NCBI GenBank assembly: GCA_963719225.1
Contig: CAVRAY010000001.1
Span: 1,984,001 to 2,048,000 of the forward strand
Reading direction: 5' to 3'
Length of the DNA stretch: 64,000 nt
Source: Thermoanaerobaculia bacterium
GTDB taxonomy: Bacteria > Acidobacteriota > Thermoanaerobaculia > UBA5066
The notes beneath the pieces are model-generated. The model was not told where the DNA came from. It made no database searches and was given only the letters and a program-made list of their open reading frames with translations. Position 1 is the stretch's first letter, and each line of letters starts with the position of its first letter. A program made the translations under genes and the position numbers. Shown here piece by piece: positions 38,921-51,118 of this stretch.

Positions 38921-39643
38921 TCAGGACACACCAGCATGCCGAGGGTCGAGTGTCCGGTCGAACCACGCCGCCGCGTGCCGCGCCACCTGTTCGAGGGCGC
39001 CCGGCTCTTCGAAAAGGTGCGAAGCACCGGGAACAATCTCTTGCTCTTTCTCGCACGTGAGCTTTCCGTAAGCTTCCACGTTCCGCTCGAGAACCCAATC
39101 GTCCTCCCCACCCACGATCAGAAGCGTCGGAACCCGGACGTTCTGGAGCGCCTCGCCCGCCAGATCGGGACGGCCGCCGCGCAAGACCACGCTTCTCGCG
39201 GCCGAGAGGGGCTCGGCGGCGGCCACGAGCGCCGCCGCCCCGCCCGTCGAGGCGCCGAAAAAGCCCAGGGGCAGCGGGCGCGTCTCGTCGGCTTTCCGGC
39301 ACCACTCGACTACGCCGAAAAGGCGGTGTGCGAGCAGGTCGATGTCGAACCGCAGATGTTGAGTCTTCATGTCGACGGCTTCCTCGCCAGGCGTCAGGAG
39401 GTCGAAGAGGAGCGTCCCCATCCTCGCGCCGTGCAAGAGGTGCGCGAGGTGTCGATTCCGGGCACCGTGTCGGCTGTCGCCGCCCCCGTGCGCGAGGACC
39501 ACGAGACCCACCGCGTCGAAGGGAATGGCCAGATCGCCTCTGAGGGATACCGACTCGATGGGAATCCACACATCGCGACGGATCGGCAATGTTTTGGAGC
39601 CTGCGTGCGAAATTGCGACATCCGGAGCCATGACCGCGGGCAT
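38921..39643 (-). CDS. Dienelactone hydrolase-family protein (paralog of 33398..34087)
   Basis: TLLFDLLT, LRFDIDLLA, FGASTGGAAAL, RGGRPDLAGEAL, HLFEEPG. Confidence 0.88.
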   Translation of the reverse strand: MPAVMAPDVAISHAGSKTLPIRRDVWIPIESVSLRGDLAIPFDAVGLVVLAHGGGDSRHGARNRHLAHLLHGARMGTLLFDLLTPGEEAVDMKTQHLRFDIDLLAHRLFGVVEWCRKADETRPLPLGFFGASTGGAAALVAAAEPLSAARSVVLRGGRPDLAGEALQNVRVPTLLIVGGEDDWVLERNVEAYGKLTCEKEQEIVPGASHLFEEPGALEQVARHAAAWFDRTLDPRHAGVS

Positions 39644-39740
39644 CGACGCACAGCCATTCGTGCCAGCAGACTCTTCTGCGCTCCTGAAGGCGACACCGCG
39701 TGCCTAAGTTAGGCACCTCCCGACCTCCGCACTTCGTTCC

Positions 39741-40214
39741 GTGAGGCTGACGGCAGCCAGAGTCGTTCCGCGGGCCGGCGTCTGGGGATTCGCGCGCGTC
39801 TTCGCAGCGGCGGCTCTTTTCCTGGTCGCGTGCGGGCGATCGTCTCCGACGGAGCCGGATTCGTCGATGCGAACGCTCACCGGGACGTGGAACGCGTCGC
39901 TCGTTCGGGGGCCGTGCGAGGACTGGAGCTCGGTTGTTCTGACGCTCGTCGAAATCGGGTCGTCCCTGACCGGCGAGATCGGCTCGCCCGCTGGCGTACG
40001 GCATCCGGTCACGGGAACCGTCATGACGGACCACTCGGTTTTCAGCGTGGGCAACCTGTCGGCGATCGGCGAATGCTCGTTCATGGGTTTCGACGCGACC
40101 GTCTTCGAGTACGACGCTCGGGGCCGGCTCATCGCGTTCGCAGGCGACGTCCAGGGGCGCTGCTGCGGCACGATCGCCGGCTCCTTCCGCTTCGTGCGGC
40201 AGCCGGGCGGTTGA
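39741..40214 (+). CDS. Hypothetical lipoprotein
   Basis: Lipobox LVAC followed by GRSSPTEP and a beta-rich domain. Confidence 0.65.
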   Translation: MRLTAARVVPRAGVWGFARVFAAAALFLVACGRSSPTEPDSSMRTLTGTWNASLVRGPCEDWSSVVLTLVEIGSSLTGEIGSPAGVRHPVTGTVMTDHSVFSVGNLSAIGECSFMGFDATVFEYDARGRLIAFAGDVQGRCCGTIAGSFRFVRQPGG

Positions 40215-40336
40215 GGCGCGGCGCCCCCGCCTTCCTCTCTCGGCCCGCATCTTCGAAGGACGATCTCGTGATCGACACGGCGCAGCAGGAGGATTCTCCA
40301 GAGAGCCTCCGCGCGAACGCTACAATCGCCGGCCGG

Positions 40337-43300
40337 ATGTCCGGCGACTTCGTCCACCTTCACCTCCACACCCAGTATTCCCTCCTCGACGGCGCGAACC
40401 GGCTCAAGGATCTGATCAAGCAGGTGAAGGTGTCCGGGATGGACGCCGTGGCGGTGACCGACCACGGGAACATGTTCGGGGCATACGAGCTCCAGACGAC
40501 CGCGCTCGAGGCCGGCATCAAACCCATCCTCGGAGTCGAGGCGTACATCGCTCCCGGATCGCGCTTCGACCGCGAGAGCACGAGGACGTTCGACGGCGAA
40601 GGGAACAACTATCACCTGACGCTGCTCGTCGAGACGCCGGACGGCTACCGGAACCTGGCGCGTCTCGTGTCCGAGGCGTTTCTCTCCGGCTTCTATTACA
40701 AACCGCGCATGGACTGGGAGCTCCTCGAGAGGTACCACGAGGGAATCATCGCGCTGTCGGGGTGCCTGAACTCGGAGGTTTCGAAACGCCTGAGGATGGG
40801 CGACTACGAGGGCGCGAAAAAAACGGCCCTGAGGTATCGAGACCTCTTCGGCAAGGATCGCTACTTCATCGAGATCATGGACCACGGGCTCCCGGAGCAG
40901 CGGCAGATCCTGCCGGACCTGCTGCGGCTCTCCTCGGAGACCGGCATTCCGCCGGTCGCGACGAACGACGCGCATTACCTGACGCGTGACGACGCCGCGG
41001 CGCAGGACGTCCTCCTCTGCATCGGCATGGGGAAGACGCTCAATGACGCGAAGCGGATGAAGTTCTACAACTCCGAGTTCTACGTGAAGGACCCCGACGA
41101 GATGAGCGACGTGTTCCGCCCGCTCACGCTCGAGGCCGTGAAGAACACTGCCGCCATCGCCGAGCGCGTGACCCCCAGCGTCATCGTGGACACGGGTCTC
41201 AAGATCCCCATGTTCCCCGTCCCCGGCGGCGACCGGACGCCCGAGGCTTATCTCGAGGACCTCGCGAAGGAAGGGCTCGAGAGGCGCCTCGAGCCTCAAC
41301 GCGCGGCCTTCGAGAGCGGCACGGCGAAGAAACCGCGTCAGGAGTACGACGAGCGGCTCGCCTGGGAGCTCTCGGTGATCCGGAAGATGGGTCTCTCGAG
41401 CTACTTCCTGATCGTGTGGGATTTCATCAAGTTCGCGAAGGACGAGGGGATCCCCGTGGGACCCGGCCGTGGGAGCGCGGCCGGCTCGCTCGTCGCGTAC
41501 GCGCTCGCGATCACCGACGTCGACCCGCTTCTCTACGACCTCCTCTTCGAGCGCTTCCTAAATCCGGACCGCATCTCGATGCCCGACATCGACGTCGACC
41601 TCTGCGAGCGACGCCGCGGCGAAGTCATCGAATACGTGCGCGGCAAGTACGGGCGCGAGAACGTCGGCCAGATCATCACGTTCAACTCGATGAAGGCGCG
41701 CGCCGTCATTCGCGACGTGGGCCGCGTCCTCGACGTCCCGCTCGCCGAGGTGAACCGCCTCTGCTCCCTCATCCCCGCGAACCCGGGCAAGCCGACGATG
41801 CTGGCCGAAGCGCGGCGCGACGTGAAGGAGCTGGCCGAAGCCTTGAAGGGCAACGAGACCTACCGCCGGCTCTTCGACCTGGGCGAACGCCTCGAGGGCG
41901 TGTCACGCCACGCGGGCGTCCACGCGGCCGGGGTCCTCATCGCCCCGAGGCCTCTCGTCGAGTACCTGCCGCTCTACCGAAACAGCAACGACGAGATCAC
42001 GACCCAGTTCGAGATGAAGTCGGTCGACCGGATGGGCCTTCTCAAGATGGACTTCCTCGGGCTCATCACGCTGACGATCCTCGACGACGCCCTGCGCTTC
42101 GTGGCGAAGAAGGCCGGGAAACGACCGGACCTCGAGACGATCCCTCTCGACGACCCCGAGGTGTACCGGCTCTTCGCGGACGGTCGCACGGACGGCGTCT
42201 TCCAGTTCGAATCGTCCGGGATGCGCGACCTGCTCCGAAGGGTGAAGCCCGAAGTCTTCGACGACCTCGCCGCCCTCAACGCGCTGTACCGTCCGGGCGC
42301 GCTCGACGCAGGCACCGTGGAGGTCTACATCCAGCGCCGCCGCGGGACCAAGTTCGAATACCCCCTGCCGCAGCTCGAGCCGATCCTGAGGGAGACCCAC
42401 GGCGTCCTCGTCTACCAGGAGCAGGTCATGCTCGCCGCGCGTGCCGTGGCCGGGTATTCGCCCGGCGAGGCGGACAAGCTTCGAAAGGCGATCGGCAAGA
42501 AGGACGAAGCGCTCCTCAAGGCCGAGGGCGACAAGTTCATCCGTAAGGCGGTCGCGGCCGGGACACCGAAGAAGAAGGCCGAGGAGCTGTGGACGCTCAT
42601 CCTGCCGTTCGGCCGATACGGCTTCAACAAGTCCCATTCCGTCGTGTACGCGCTCCTCGCGTACCGGACCGCATGGATGAAGGTTCACCACCCGGTCGAG
42701 TTCCTCGCGGCCACGCTCACCGCCAACTCGGGCAGCTCGGACGACGTCGTCAAGTACGTGAACACCTGCCGGGACATGAAGATCCCGGTGCTGCCCCCGG
42801 ACGTCAACGCGTCGGACCTCTCGTTCACGCCGGACGGAGCCGCGATCCGGTTCGGACTCGGAGCCGTCAAGGGCGTCGGGGAGGGCGCCGTCGCCTCCGT
42901 CCTCGCCGCCCGCGCCGGCGACGGTCCGTTCAAGTCGCTCACGGATTTCTGCTCGCGCGTCGACCTTCGTCTGAACAACCGGCGAGTCGTCGAGGCGTTG
43001 ATCAAGTCGGGTTGTTTCGATTCCCTCGGGAAGAGCCGCGCCGCGTTTCTCGACGGGCTCGACCATGCGATCGCAGTCGCGACCGACGCGCGCGAGGCCG
43101 CCTCCTCGACTCAGACCCTCCTCTTCGACGTCCCGAAGGAGACGCGGATCGAGGACCAGTTTCCCGACAAGCCCGAATGGAGCGTCGACGAGAAGATCCG
43201 GTACGAAAAGGAGACGCTCGGCTTCTACATCACGGGCCATCCGCTCGCGCGATTCGAAGACGAGATCCGGTTGTTCGGCGACGTGACGTGCGAGACGCTG

Positions 43301-43882
43301 CGCGAGCGCCTCGACGCGCAGGTCAAGCTCGTCGGGCTCGTCGGCGCGGTCAAGAAGAGCCAGATCAAGAAGGGCCAGAACGAGGGCAAGATGATGGCGA
43401 AGGCCGTCGTCGAGGACCTCACGGGTTCCGTGCCCGTGACCGTTTTCGCGGGCCTCCTCGAGCGCGTGGGGTCGTGGCTCGCTCCGGGCCGGCCCGTGCT
43501 CGTCACCGGAACGGTGCGCCTCGCGATGGCACCGGGCGGCGCGACGCACGACCCGTCGGAGAACGAATCCGCCGGCATGCCGATCGAGATCATCGCCAGA
43601 GAGATCCAGCTCGTCGAGGGCATGAAGGAGCAGAGCGCGAAAGAGGTCCTGATCGCGCCTTCCAACTTCGACACCTTCGACGAGGCGGCGATGGGAGAGA
43701 TTCTTCGAAAGTATCCCGGGTCGATTCCCGTCACGCTCGAGATGCGGCGCGCGGGTCAATTCGCAGCGCCTCTCAGGCTTTCTTCTCGATTCTGGGTGCG
43801 ACCGAGCCCCGAATTCACGGCGTCGATGGAGACCCTCCTCGGTCCCGACTCCGTCCGATACTCCTACGCGGCTTCTCAATGA
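40337..43882 (+). CDS. dnaE: DNA polymerase III alpha subunit
   Basis: FVHLHLHTQYSLLDG, GPGRGSAAGS, MPDIDVD, YGFNKSH. Confidence 0.98.
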   Translation: MSGDFVHLHLHTQYSLLDGANRLKDLIKQVKVSGMDAVAVTDHGNMFGAYELQTTALEAGIKPILGVEAYIAPGSRFDRESTRTFDGEGNNYHLTLLVETPDGYRNLARLVSEAFLSGFYYKPRMDWELLERYHEGIIALSGCLNSEVSKRLRMGDYEGAKKTALRYRDLFGKDRYFIEIMDHGLPEQRQILPDLLRLSSETGIPPVATNDAHYLTRDDAAAQDVLLCIGMGKTLNDAKRMKFYNSEFYVKDPDEMSDVFRPLTLEAVKNTAAIAERVTPSVIVDTGLKIPMFPVPGGDRTPEAYLEDLAKEGLERRLEPQRAAFESGTAKKPRQEYDERLAWELSVIRKMGLSSYFLIVWDFIKFAKDEGIPVGPGRGSAAGSLVAYALAITDVDPLLYDLLFERFLNPDRISMPDIDVDLCERRRGEVIEYVRGKYGRENVGQIITFNSMKARAVIRDVGRVLDVPLAEVNRLCSLIPANPGKPTMLAEARRDVKELAEALKGNETYRRLFDLGERLEGVSRHAGVHAAGVLIAPRPLVEYLPLYRNSNDEITTQFEMKSVDRMGLLKMDFLGLITLTILDDALRFVAKKAGKRPDLETIPLDDPEVYRLFADGRTDGVFQFESSGMRDLLRRVKPEVFDDLAALNALYRPGALDAGTVEVYIQRRRGTKFEYPLPQLEPILRETHGVLVYQEQVMLAARAVAGYSPGEADKLRKAIGKKDEALLKAEGDKFIRKAVAAGTPKKKAEELWTLILPFGRYGFNKSHSVVYALLAYRTAWMKVHHPVEFLAATLTANSGSSDDVVKYVNTCRDMKIPVLPPDVNASDLSFTPDGAAIRFGLGAVKGVGEGAVASVLAARAGDGPFKSLTDFCSRVDLRLNNRRVVEALIKSGCFDSLGKSRAAFLDGLDHAIAVATDAREAASSTQTLLFDVPKETRIEDQFPDKPEWSVDEKIRYEKETLGFYITGHPLARFEDEIRLFGDVTCETLRERLDAQVKLVGLVGAVKKSQIKKGQNEGKMMAKAVVEDLTGSVPVTVFAGLLERVGSWLAPGRPVLVTGTVRLAMAPGGATHDPSENESAGMPIEIIAREIQLVEGMKEQSAKEVLIAPSNFDTFDEAAMGEILRKYPGSIPVTLEMRRAGQFAAPLRLSSRFWVRPSPEFTASMETLLGPDSVRYSYAASQ

Positions 43883-44850
43883 CCGAAGAGGCGGCCATTG
43901 CCCCTGCGTTCGCCGCCGAGGAGGTCACCGCCCAGCTCGCCCGCGCAGGTGAGGTCGCCGACCGGCGGGAAGTGGGGCTGTGGTTCGTCGGGGGGGCGCT
44001 GCGCGACCTGCTCCTCGGGCGCCCTCTTCACGACGTCGATCTCGCCGTGGAGGCGGGCGCCGCGAACGCGCTCGAGCTCGCGACGCGGCTCGGAGCGCTG
44101 TCGGGCTGGACGCTGGAGAAATCCCACGCGCGGTTCGGAACGGCCCAGCTCAGGGCGCCCGGCGGCCTCCGTGTGGACATTGCCGCCACTCGCCGCGAGG
44201 AGTATCCGGCGCCGGCGAGCCTGCCGGTCGTCACCGGCACGACCACGATCGAGGAAGACCTCGGTCGCCGGGACTTCACGATCAACTCGATGGCCCGGCG
44301 GGTCGGCAAGCGCGGCCTGACGGGAATCATCCTCGACCCCTTCGGCGGCAGAAAGCACCTCGTCTCGAAGACGCTTCGCCTCCTGCACCCGAAGTCCCTC
44401 GTCGACGACCCGACGCGCGCCTACCGGGCGGTAAAATACGCGCTCAGGCTCGGATTCGAATGGGACGGGGATTTCGAAAAAGCAATCAAGAAGGCCCGTA
44501 CCGCGGGCGCCTTCGGAGCTCTTTCCGGCGACCGGATGAGGAGAGGAATAGAAGAGATTTTCTTGGAAGGGGCATGGGACCGCGCGGCGCGGCTCGTCGA
44601 GGAGCTCGAACTCCTGGGCGACGTCCTTCCCGGCTGGAGAATTCCCCATTCACCTTCTAAGAAGAAAACGTCCTCTCGCTCTGCACCGGCATTCCTCGAC
44701 GCATCCCGCCCGGAGGCCGAGCGTCCGAAAGCAGAAATCTCCTGGAAGCGCCTCCTCGCGCCGCTGACGCCGGTCGAGCGCGCCGCCGTCGCCTCTCGCC
44801 TGAACTTCCCGAAAGTCCTGCGGCGCGCCGCGGACGCGGAAGTGCGATGA
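43879..44850 (+). CDS. CCA/poly(A) polymerase-family tRNA nucleotidyltransferase
   Basis: VGGALRDLLLG..DVDL, DLGRRDFTINSMA, DDPTR. Confidence 0.88.
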   Translation: MTEEAAIAPAFAAEEVTAQLARAGEVADRREVGLWFVGGALRDLLLGRPLHDVDLAVEAGAANALELATRLGALSGWTLEKSHARFGTAQLRAPGGLRVDIAATRREEYPAPASLPVVTGTTTIEEDLGRRDFTINSMARRVGKRGLTGIILDPFGGRKHLVSKTLRLLHPKSLVDDPTRAYRAVKYALRLGFEWDGDFEKAIKKARTAGAFGALSGDRMRRGIEEIFLEGAWDRAARLVEELELLGDVLPGWRIPHSPSKKKTSSRSAPAFLDASRPEAERPKAEISWKRLLAPLTPVERAAVASRLNFPKVLRRAADAEVR

Positions 44851-45590
44851 CCCGGGTCCTTCTCCTCTCGGCGCTGCTCGCGGCAAGTCCCTCTCCGTCG
44901 CCCGCTCCGACGCCGAGCCCGATTCCGACACCGACGCCCGAAAAGCGGGATCCTCATCTCATCGCCGCGCTCGAGTCCCGGCAGGGCATCGGGATGGAGC
45001 GCGTGGCGCTCTTCGACGACGGCACTCTCGTGAAGGTCACCGGATACCGCGCCGAGCGGATCGTCGACCGCAAGGCGATTTCGCCGGAAGAGATCGACGT
45101 TGTGCGAAGAGTCTGTCTCGAGGCTCTGGCCGTGCGCGCCAGAGACGTAGAAGATCCGCGCCGCTCGGCGCTCGGGGACGCGCAGGCCCGGCGCATCACG
45201 ATCGAGATCACCGATCCGGCCGGCGGCTCGCGCATCTACACGTACGACGATCTCACCTCCCTTCCACTGGCGGTCGGGAGGGCCCGGGGAGCGCTCGAGG
45301 ACCTGCGCTCCCGCTTCGAGAAGCAGGATCTCGCCGAGACGAAGTGGGACACGACGGTCCTGAAGTCGGGCACCTTTCTCCGAAGGCGGGCGGACGGCGT
45401 CTGGTACCGCGTCGTTCACGACGACGTGCTGGATCACGATTTCGAGCTCGAGGAGCTCGGCGCCAGCGGCGAGCAGGGGAGCCACAAGCTGAGGATCTTC
45501 GTCTACCGCGGCGACATTCCGCGCCTCTTCGAGGATCCCGCCGTCGCGGGTCCGCGGCCGGCCGCTCCCTCCCCGGCCAGGAGGCGCTGA
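44847..45590 (+). CDS. Hypothetical secreted protein
   Basis: ATGA overlap; signal peptide and Pro-rich linker. Confidence 0.7.
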   Translation: MTRVLLLSALLAASPSPSPAPTPSPIPTPTPEKRDPHLIAALESRQGIGMERVALFDDGTLVKVTGYRAERIVDRKAISPEEIDVVRRVCLEALAVRARDVEDPRRSALGDAQARRITIEITDPAGGSRIYTYDDLTSLPLAVGRARGALEDLRSRFEKQDLAETKWDTTVLKSGTFLRRRADGVWYRVVHDDVLDHDFELEELGASGEQGSHKLRIFVYRGDIPRLFEDPAVAGPRPAAPSPARRR

Positions 45591-45592
45591 GC

Positions 45593-46153
45593 GTGGTGCG
45601 CCTGACCGCCGGTACCTGGCGCGGGCGGAAGCTCGCGGTTCCGCAAGGCATCCGGCCGACGACCGAGCTCGCGCGCAAGGCGGCGTTCGACATCCTGGGC
45701 GACGCCGTCGTCGGCGCGAGGGTGCTGGACGCGTGCGCGGGCTCGGGAGCGTACGGCCTCGAGGCGCTCTCTCGCGGCGCGGCGCACGCGACGTTCGTCG
45801 AGGCGGATCGGGAGGTCGCGAGAGTCTTGAGGGGGAATGTGGAGAGGCTGCTCGCGGGGGAGCGGGCAACCATCGAAGAGACGTCCGTGGCCCGTTTTTC
45901 TTCGAAGGTGAAAGAGAGGAAGGCGCCGGATGCGCTGGAGCGTCCGTCGTTCGATGTGGTCTTTCACGATCCCCCTTTCAAAGAAATCTCCGAATCGTCC
46001 GAATCTGACCTTCGGCTCCTGCTTTCTCTCGTGGGGGCGGGAGGCTGGTTGTTTCACGAGCGCGGCGACGACGAGGTCCTTCGTCCTTCGGGCCTCGAAC
46101 CGGCCGACCGCCGGCGCTACGGCACGACGCGCTACCTGGTTTTTCGTCCTTGA
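45593..46153 (+). CDS. rsmD: RsmD family rRNA methyltransferase
   Basis: [40 protein letters not shown]. Confidence 0.88.
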   Translation: MVRLTAGTWRGRKLAVPQGIRPTTELARKAAFDILGDAVVGARVLDACAGSGAYGLEALSRGAAHATFVEADREVARVLRGNVERLLAGERATIEETSVARFSSKVKERKAPDALERPSFDVVFHDPPFKEISESSESDLRLLLSLVGAGGWLFHERGDDEVLRPSGLEPADRRRYGTTRYLVFRP

Positions 46154-46214
46154 GCGATTTGCCGGCCTGCTAAACTTCGCGCTTCGCCGCAACGCGGCTT
46201 TGGAGCACAGAAAC

Positions 46215-47381
46215 ATGGGCAAGAACCGCAGTCTCTTCACGTCGGAGTCCGTCACCGAAGGCCATCCGGACAAGATCGCCGACCAGATCTCGGATTCGAT
46301 CCTCGACGCGATCCTCCGGGACGATCCTCTCGGGCGCGTCGCGTGCGAGACGCTCGTCACGACGGGCCTCGCGCTCATCGCGGGCGAGATCACGACGAAG
46401 ACCTACGTGGACATCCCGGGCATCGTGAGAGAGACGATCCGCGACGTCGGCTATACGCGCGCGAAGTACGGATTCGACCATGAGACCTGCGCCGTCATCT
46501 CGACGATCGACAAGCAGTCGCCGGACATCGCGATGGGGGTCGACACCGGCGGCGCCGGAGATCAGGGGCTCATGTTCGGGCTCGCCGTACGCGAGACCGA
46601 GGAGTTCATGCCTCTTCCGATCACGCTCGCGCACAAGCTCACGATGCGCCTGGCGGAGGCCCGGAAGTCGAAGACGCTCGAATGGCTGCGCCCCGACGGG
46701 AAGAGCCAGGTCACGGTGGAGTACGAGGGCGATCGGCCGGTGCGTGTGGAGGCGGTCGTCATCTCGACGCAGCATGCCGAGACGGTTCCCACGCCCGAGC
46801 TGCGTGAGGCCGTCCGTGAGGAAATCATCCGGCCGGTCGTGCCCGCCGCGCTCCTCGACGACAACACGAAGTTTCACATCAATCCGACGGGCCGGTTCGT
46901 CGTCGGCGGGCCGCAGGGCGACACGGGCCTGACCGGCCGCAAGATCATCGTCGACACGTACGGCGGGTACGGGCGCCATGGCGGCGGCGCGTTCTCGGGC
47001 AAGGATGCGACGAAGGTCGACCGCTCGGCGTCCTACATGGCGCGCTACATCGCGAAGAACCTCGTTGCCGCCGGCCTCGCCGACAAGGTCGAGGTCCAGC
47101 TCGCCTACGCGATCGGCGTCGCGGACCCGGTCTCGGTCCTCGTCGAGACGTTCGGGACTTCGAACGTCGACCCGGCGGCGCTCTCGAAGCTCGTACGCGA
47201 GCACTTCACGCTCACGCCGAAGGGCATCATCGATGCCCTCGACCTGAGGCGCCCCATTTTCAAGAAAACCGCGGCCTATGGCCATTTCGGCCGACGCCTC
47301 CCGGAGTTCACGTGGGAGCGCACCGACAAGGCCGAGTCCCTCGCGGCGGCTTTCCGCTCCGCGGTGCCCACGACCGTCTGA
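46215..47381 (+). CDS. metK: S-adenosylmethionine synthetase
   Basis: [28 protein letters not shown]. Confidence 0.98.
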   Translation: MGKNRSLFTSESVTEGHPDKIADQISDSILDAILRDDPLGRVACETLVTTGLALIAGEITTKTYVDIPGIVRETIRDVGYTRAKYGFDHETCAVISTIDKQSPDIAMGVDTGGAGDQGLMFGLAVRETEEFMPLPITLAHKLTMRLAEARKSKTLEWLRPDGKSQVTVEYEGDRPVRVEAVVISTQHAETVPTPELREAVREEIIRPVVPAALLDDNTKFHINPTGRFVVGGPQGDTGLTGRKIIVDTYGGYGRHGGGAFSGKDATKVDRSASYMARYIAKNLVAAGLADKVEVQLAYAIGVADPVSVLVETFGTSNVDPAALSKLVREHFTLTPKGIIDALDLRRPIFKKTAAYGHFGRRLPEFTWERTDKAESLAAAFRSAVPTTV

Positions 47382-47446
47382 GAAAGAGAAAGAGATTGAC
47401 GCCCAGCCCTCCCTGACCCCCTGTGAGAAGATTTCGCCTTCCTTCT

Positions 47447-47466
47447 ATATCACGCCAGCATGATCA
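47447..47466. promoter_or_regulatory. Putative SahR operator
   Basis: ATATCA-N8-TGATCA, 14 bp before the regulator's start; resembles the ATCA-N8-TGAT palindromes I recall for SahR. Confidence 0.55.
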
Positions 47467-47480
47467 TATGATATGATTTC

Positions 47481-49789
<2,309 letters not shown>

Positions 49790-51118
49790 CAGGCTGCTGA
49801 AAAAGGGCTCCTGAAAATCGCGGCGAGGCATTGACTGCTGCGCGATGCGGCTGCACCTTGATGTGCATGCGTGGAGACAACGAAAAGCAGGTCGATCTTG
49901 TCGTGACGATGACGCCCGAGGAGCTCGTGCCGCGGGACCACCCGATCCGCAAGGTGAAGGCGCTTGCAGACGAAGCGCTCAGGCGTCTCGAGCCCAAGCT
50001 CGCCAGGCTGTACTCGGAGCGAGGGCGTCCATCGATTCCGCCCGAGATGCTTCTCAAGGCGCAGATCCTCATCGCGCTGTACAGCGTGAGAAGCGAGCGG
50101 CTCTTCTGCGAGCGGCTCGGGTACGACTTTCTCTTCCGCTGGTTCCTGGACATGCCGGGGCTTGCACCGGCCTTCGATCCGACGACCTTCTCGAAGAACC
50201 GCCAGAGACTGTTGGAGGCCGAGGTCTTCGAGGAGTTCTTCTCGGAAGTCGTCGCACAGGCCCGCAAGAAGTTTCTTCTCTCGGACGAGCACTTCACCGT
50301 GGACGGCACGCTGATCGAAGCGAACGCCTCCTTGAAGAGCTTCCAGCCCCGGAAGGACAAGGACGGTAAGGGCGGCGATGAGCCGCCAGCTCCTGGCGGC
50401 CGCAACGCCGATGTCGACTTTCGCGGCCAGAAGAGGCGCAACGACACGCACGCCTCGACGACCGATCCCGACGCCAAGCTCTACAAGAAGGGAGACGGCC
50501 AGCCTTCGCAGCTGTGCTACCTCGGCCACGTCTTGATGGAGAACAGAAACGGACTGTGCGTGAAGGCGCGCGTAACGACGGCCGACGGCTACGGGGAGAG
50601 GTCGGCCGCACTGGGCATGGTCGACGAGCTGGGCTCGGACAAGCGCATCACGCTGGCCGGCGACAAGGGCTACGACACGAGGGATTTCATCGAAAGGCTC
50701 CGAGAGAGAGGCGTCACGCCCCACGTGGCCCAGAACACCACCAACAGGCGCAGCGCCATCGACCGAAGGACGACGAGACACGCGGGCTACGCCGTGAGCC
50801 AGCGAATCAGGAAGCGCGTCGAAGAAATCTTCGGCTGGAGTAAGACCATCGGAGGCCTGGCCAAGACGCGCTTCCGAGGACTCGCCCGCGTGGCGGCTCA
50901 CGTCCTCAGCGTGATGACGGCCTACAACCTCGTCCGAATGGCGCGAATGGAGTCCTCGACCGCCTGATTCCCCCTGAAGCGCCCCTCGGTGCGACCGAAG
51001 CGGGCCGAAAAAGGCGAGCAGCACGGACTCACTCTCTCGAAGCAATCCCCTCTTTCAGCTTGACGTGTCTTCTCCCGCTCAAGCTCCTTTGAAAAAGAGC
51101 CCTTTCTTCAGCAGCCTG
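49790..51118 (+). mobile_element. IS5-family insertion sequence, 1329 bp, CTAG target duplication
   Basis: IRL caggctgctgaaaaagggctc (49790-49810); IRR gagccctttcttcagcagcctg (51097-51118); CTAG at 49786-49789 and 51119-51122. Confidence 0.95.
49867..50967 (+). CDS. IS5 family DDE transposase
   Basis: GRPSIPPEMLL, FTVDGTLIEA, AGDKGYD, RKRVEEIFGW. Confidence 0.95.
   Translation: MRGDNEKQVDLVVTMTPEELVPRDHPIRKVKALADEALRRLEPKLARLYSERGRPSIPPEMLLKAQILIALYSVRSERLFCERLGYDFLFRWFLDMPGLAPAFDPTTFSKNRQRLLEAEVFEEFFSEVVAQARKKFLLSDEHFTVDGTLIEANASLKSFQPRKDKDGKGGDEPPAPGGRNADVDFRGQKRRNDTHASTTDPDAKLYKKGDGQPSQLCYLGHVLMENRNGLCVKARVTTADGYGERSAALGMVDELGSDKRITLAGDKGYDTRDFIERLRERGVTPHVAQNTTNRRSAIDRRTTRHAGYAVSQRIRKRVEEIFGWSKTIGGLAKTRFRGLARVAAHVLSVMTAYNLVRMARMESSTA

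Noticed and set aside
40166-40176. CGGCACGATCG matching the guaA 3' end as a possible attR
   Set aside because: Only 11 GC-rich bp, inside a CDS, and lacks the terminal GAGTGGGAGTGA; expected by chance.
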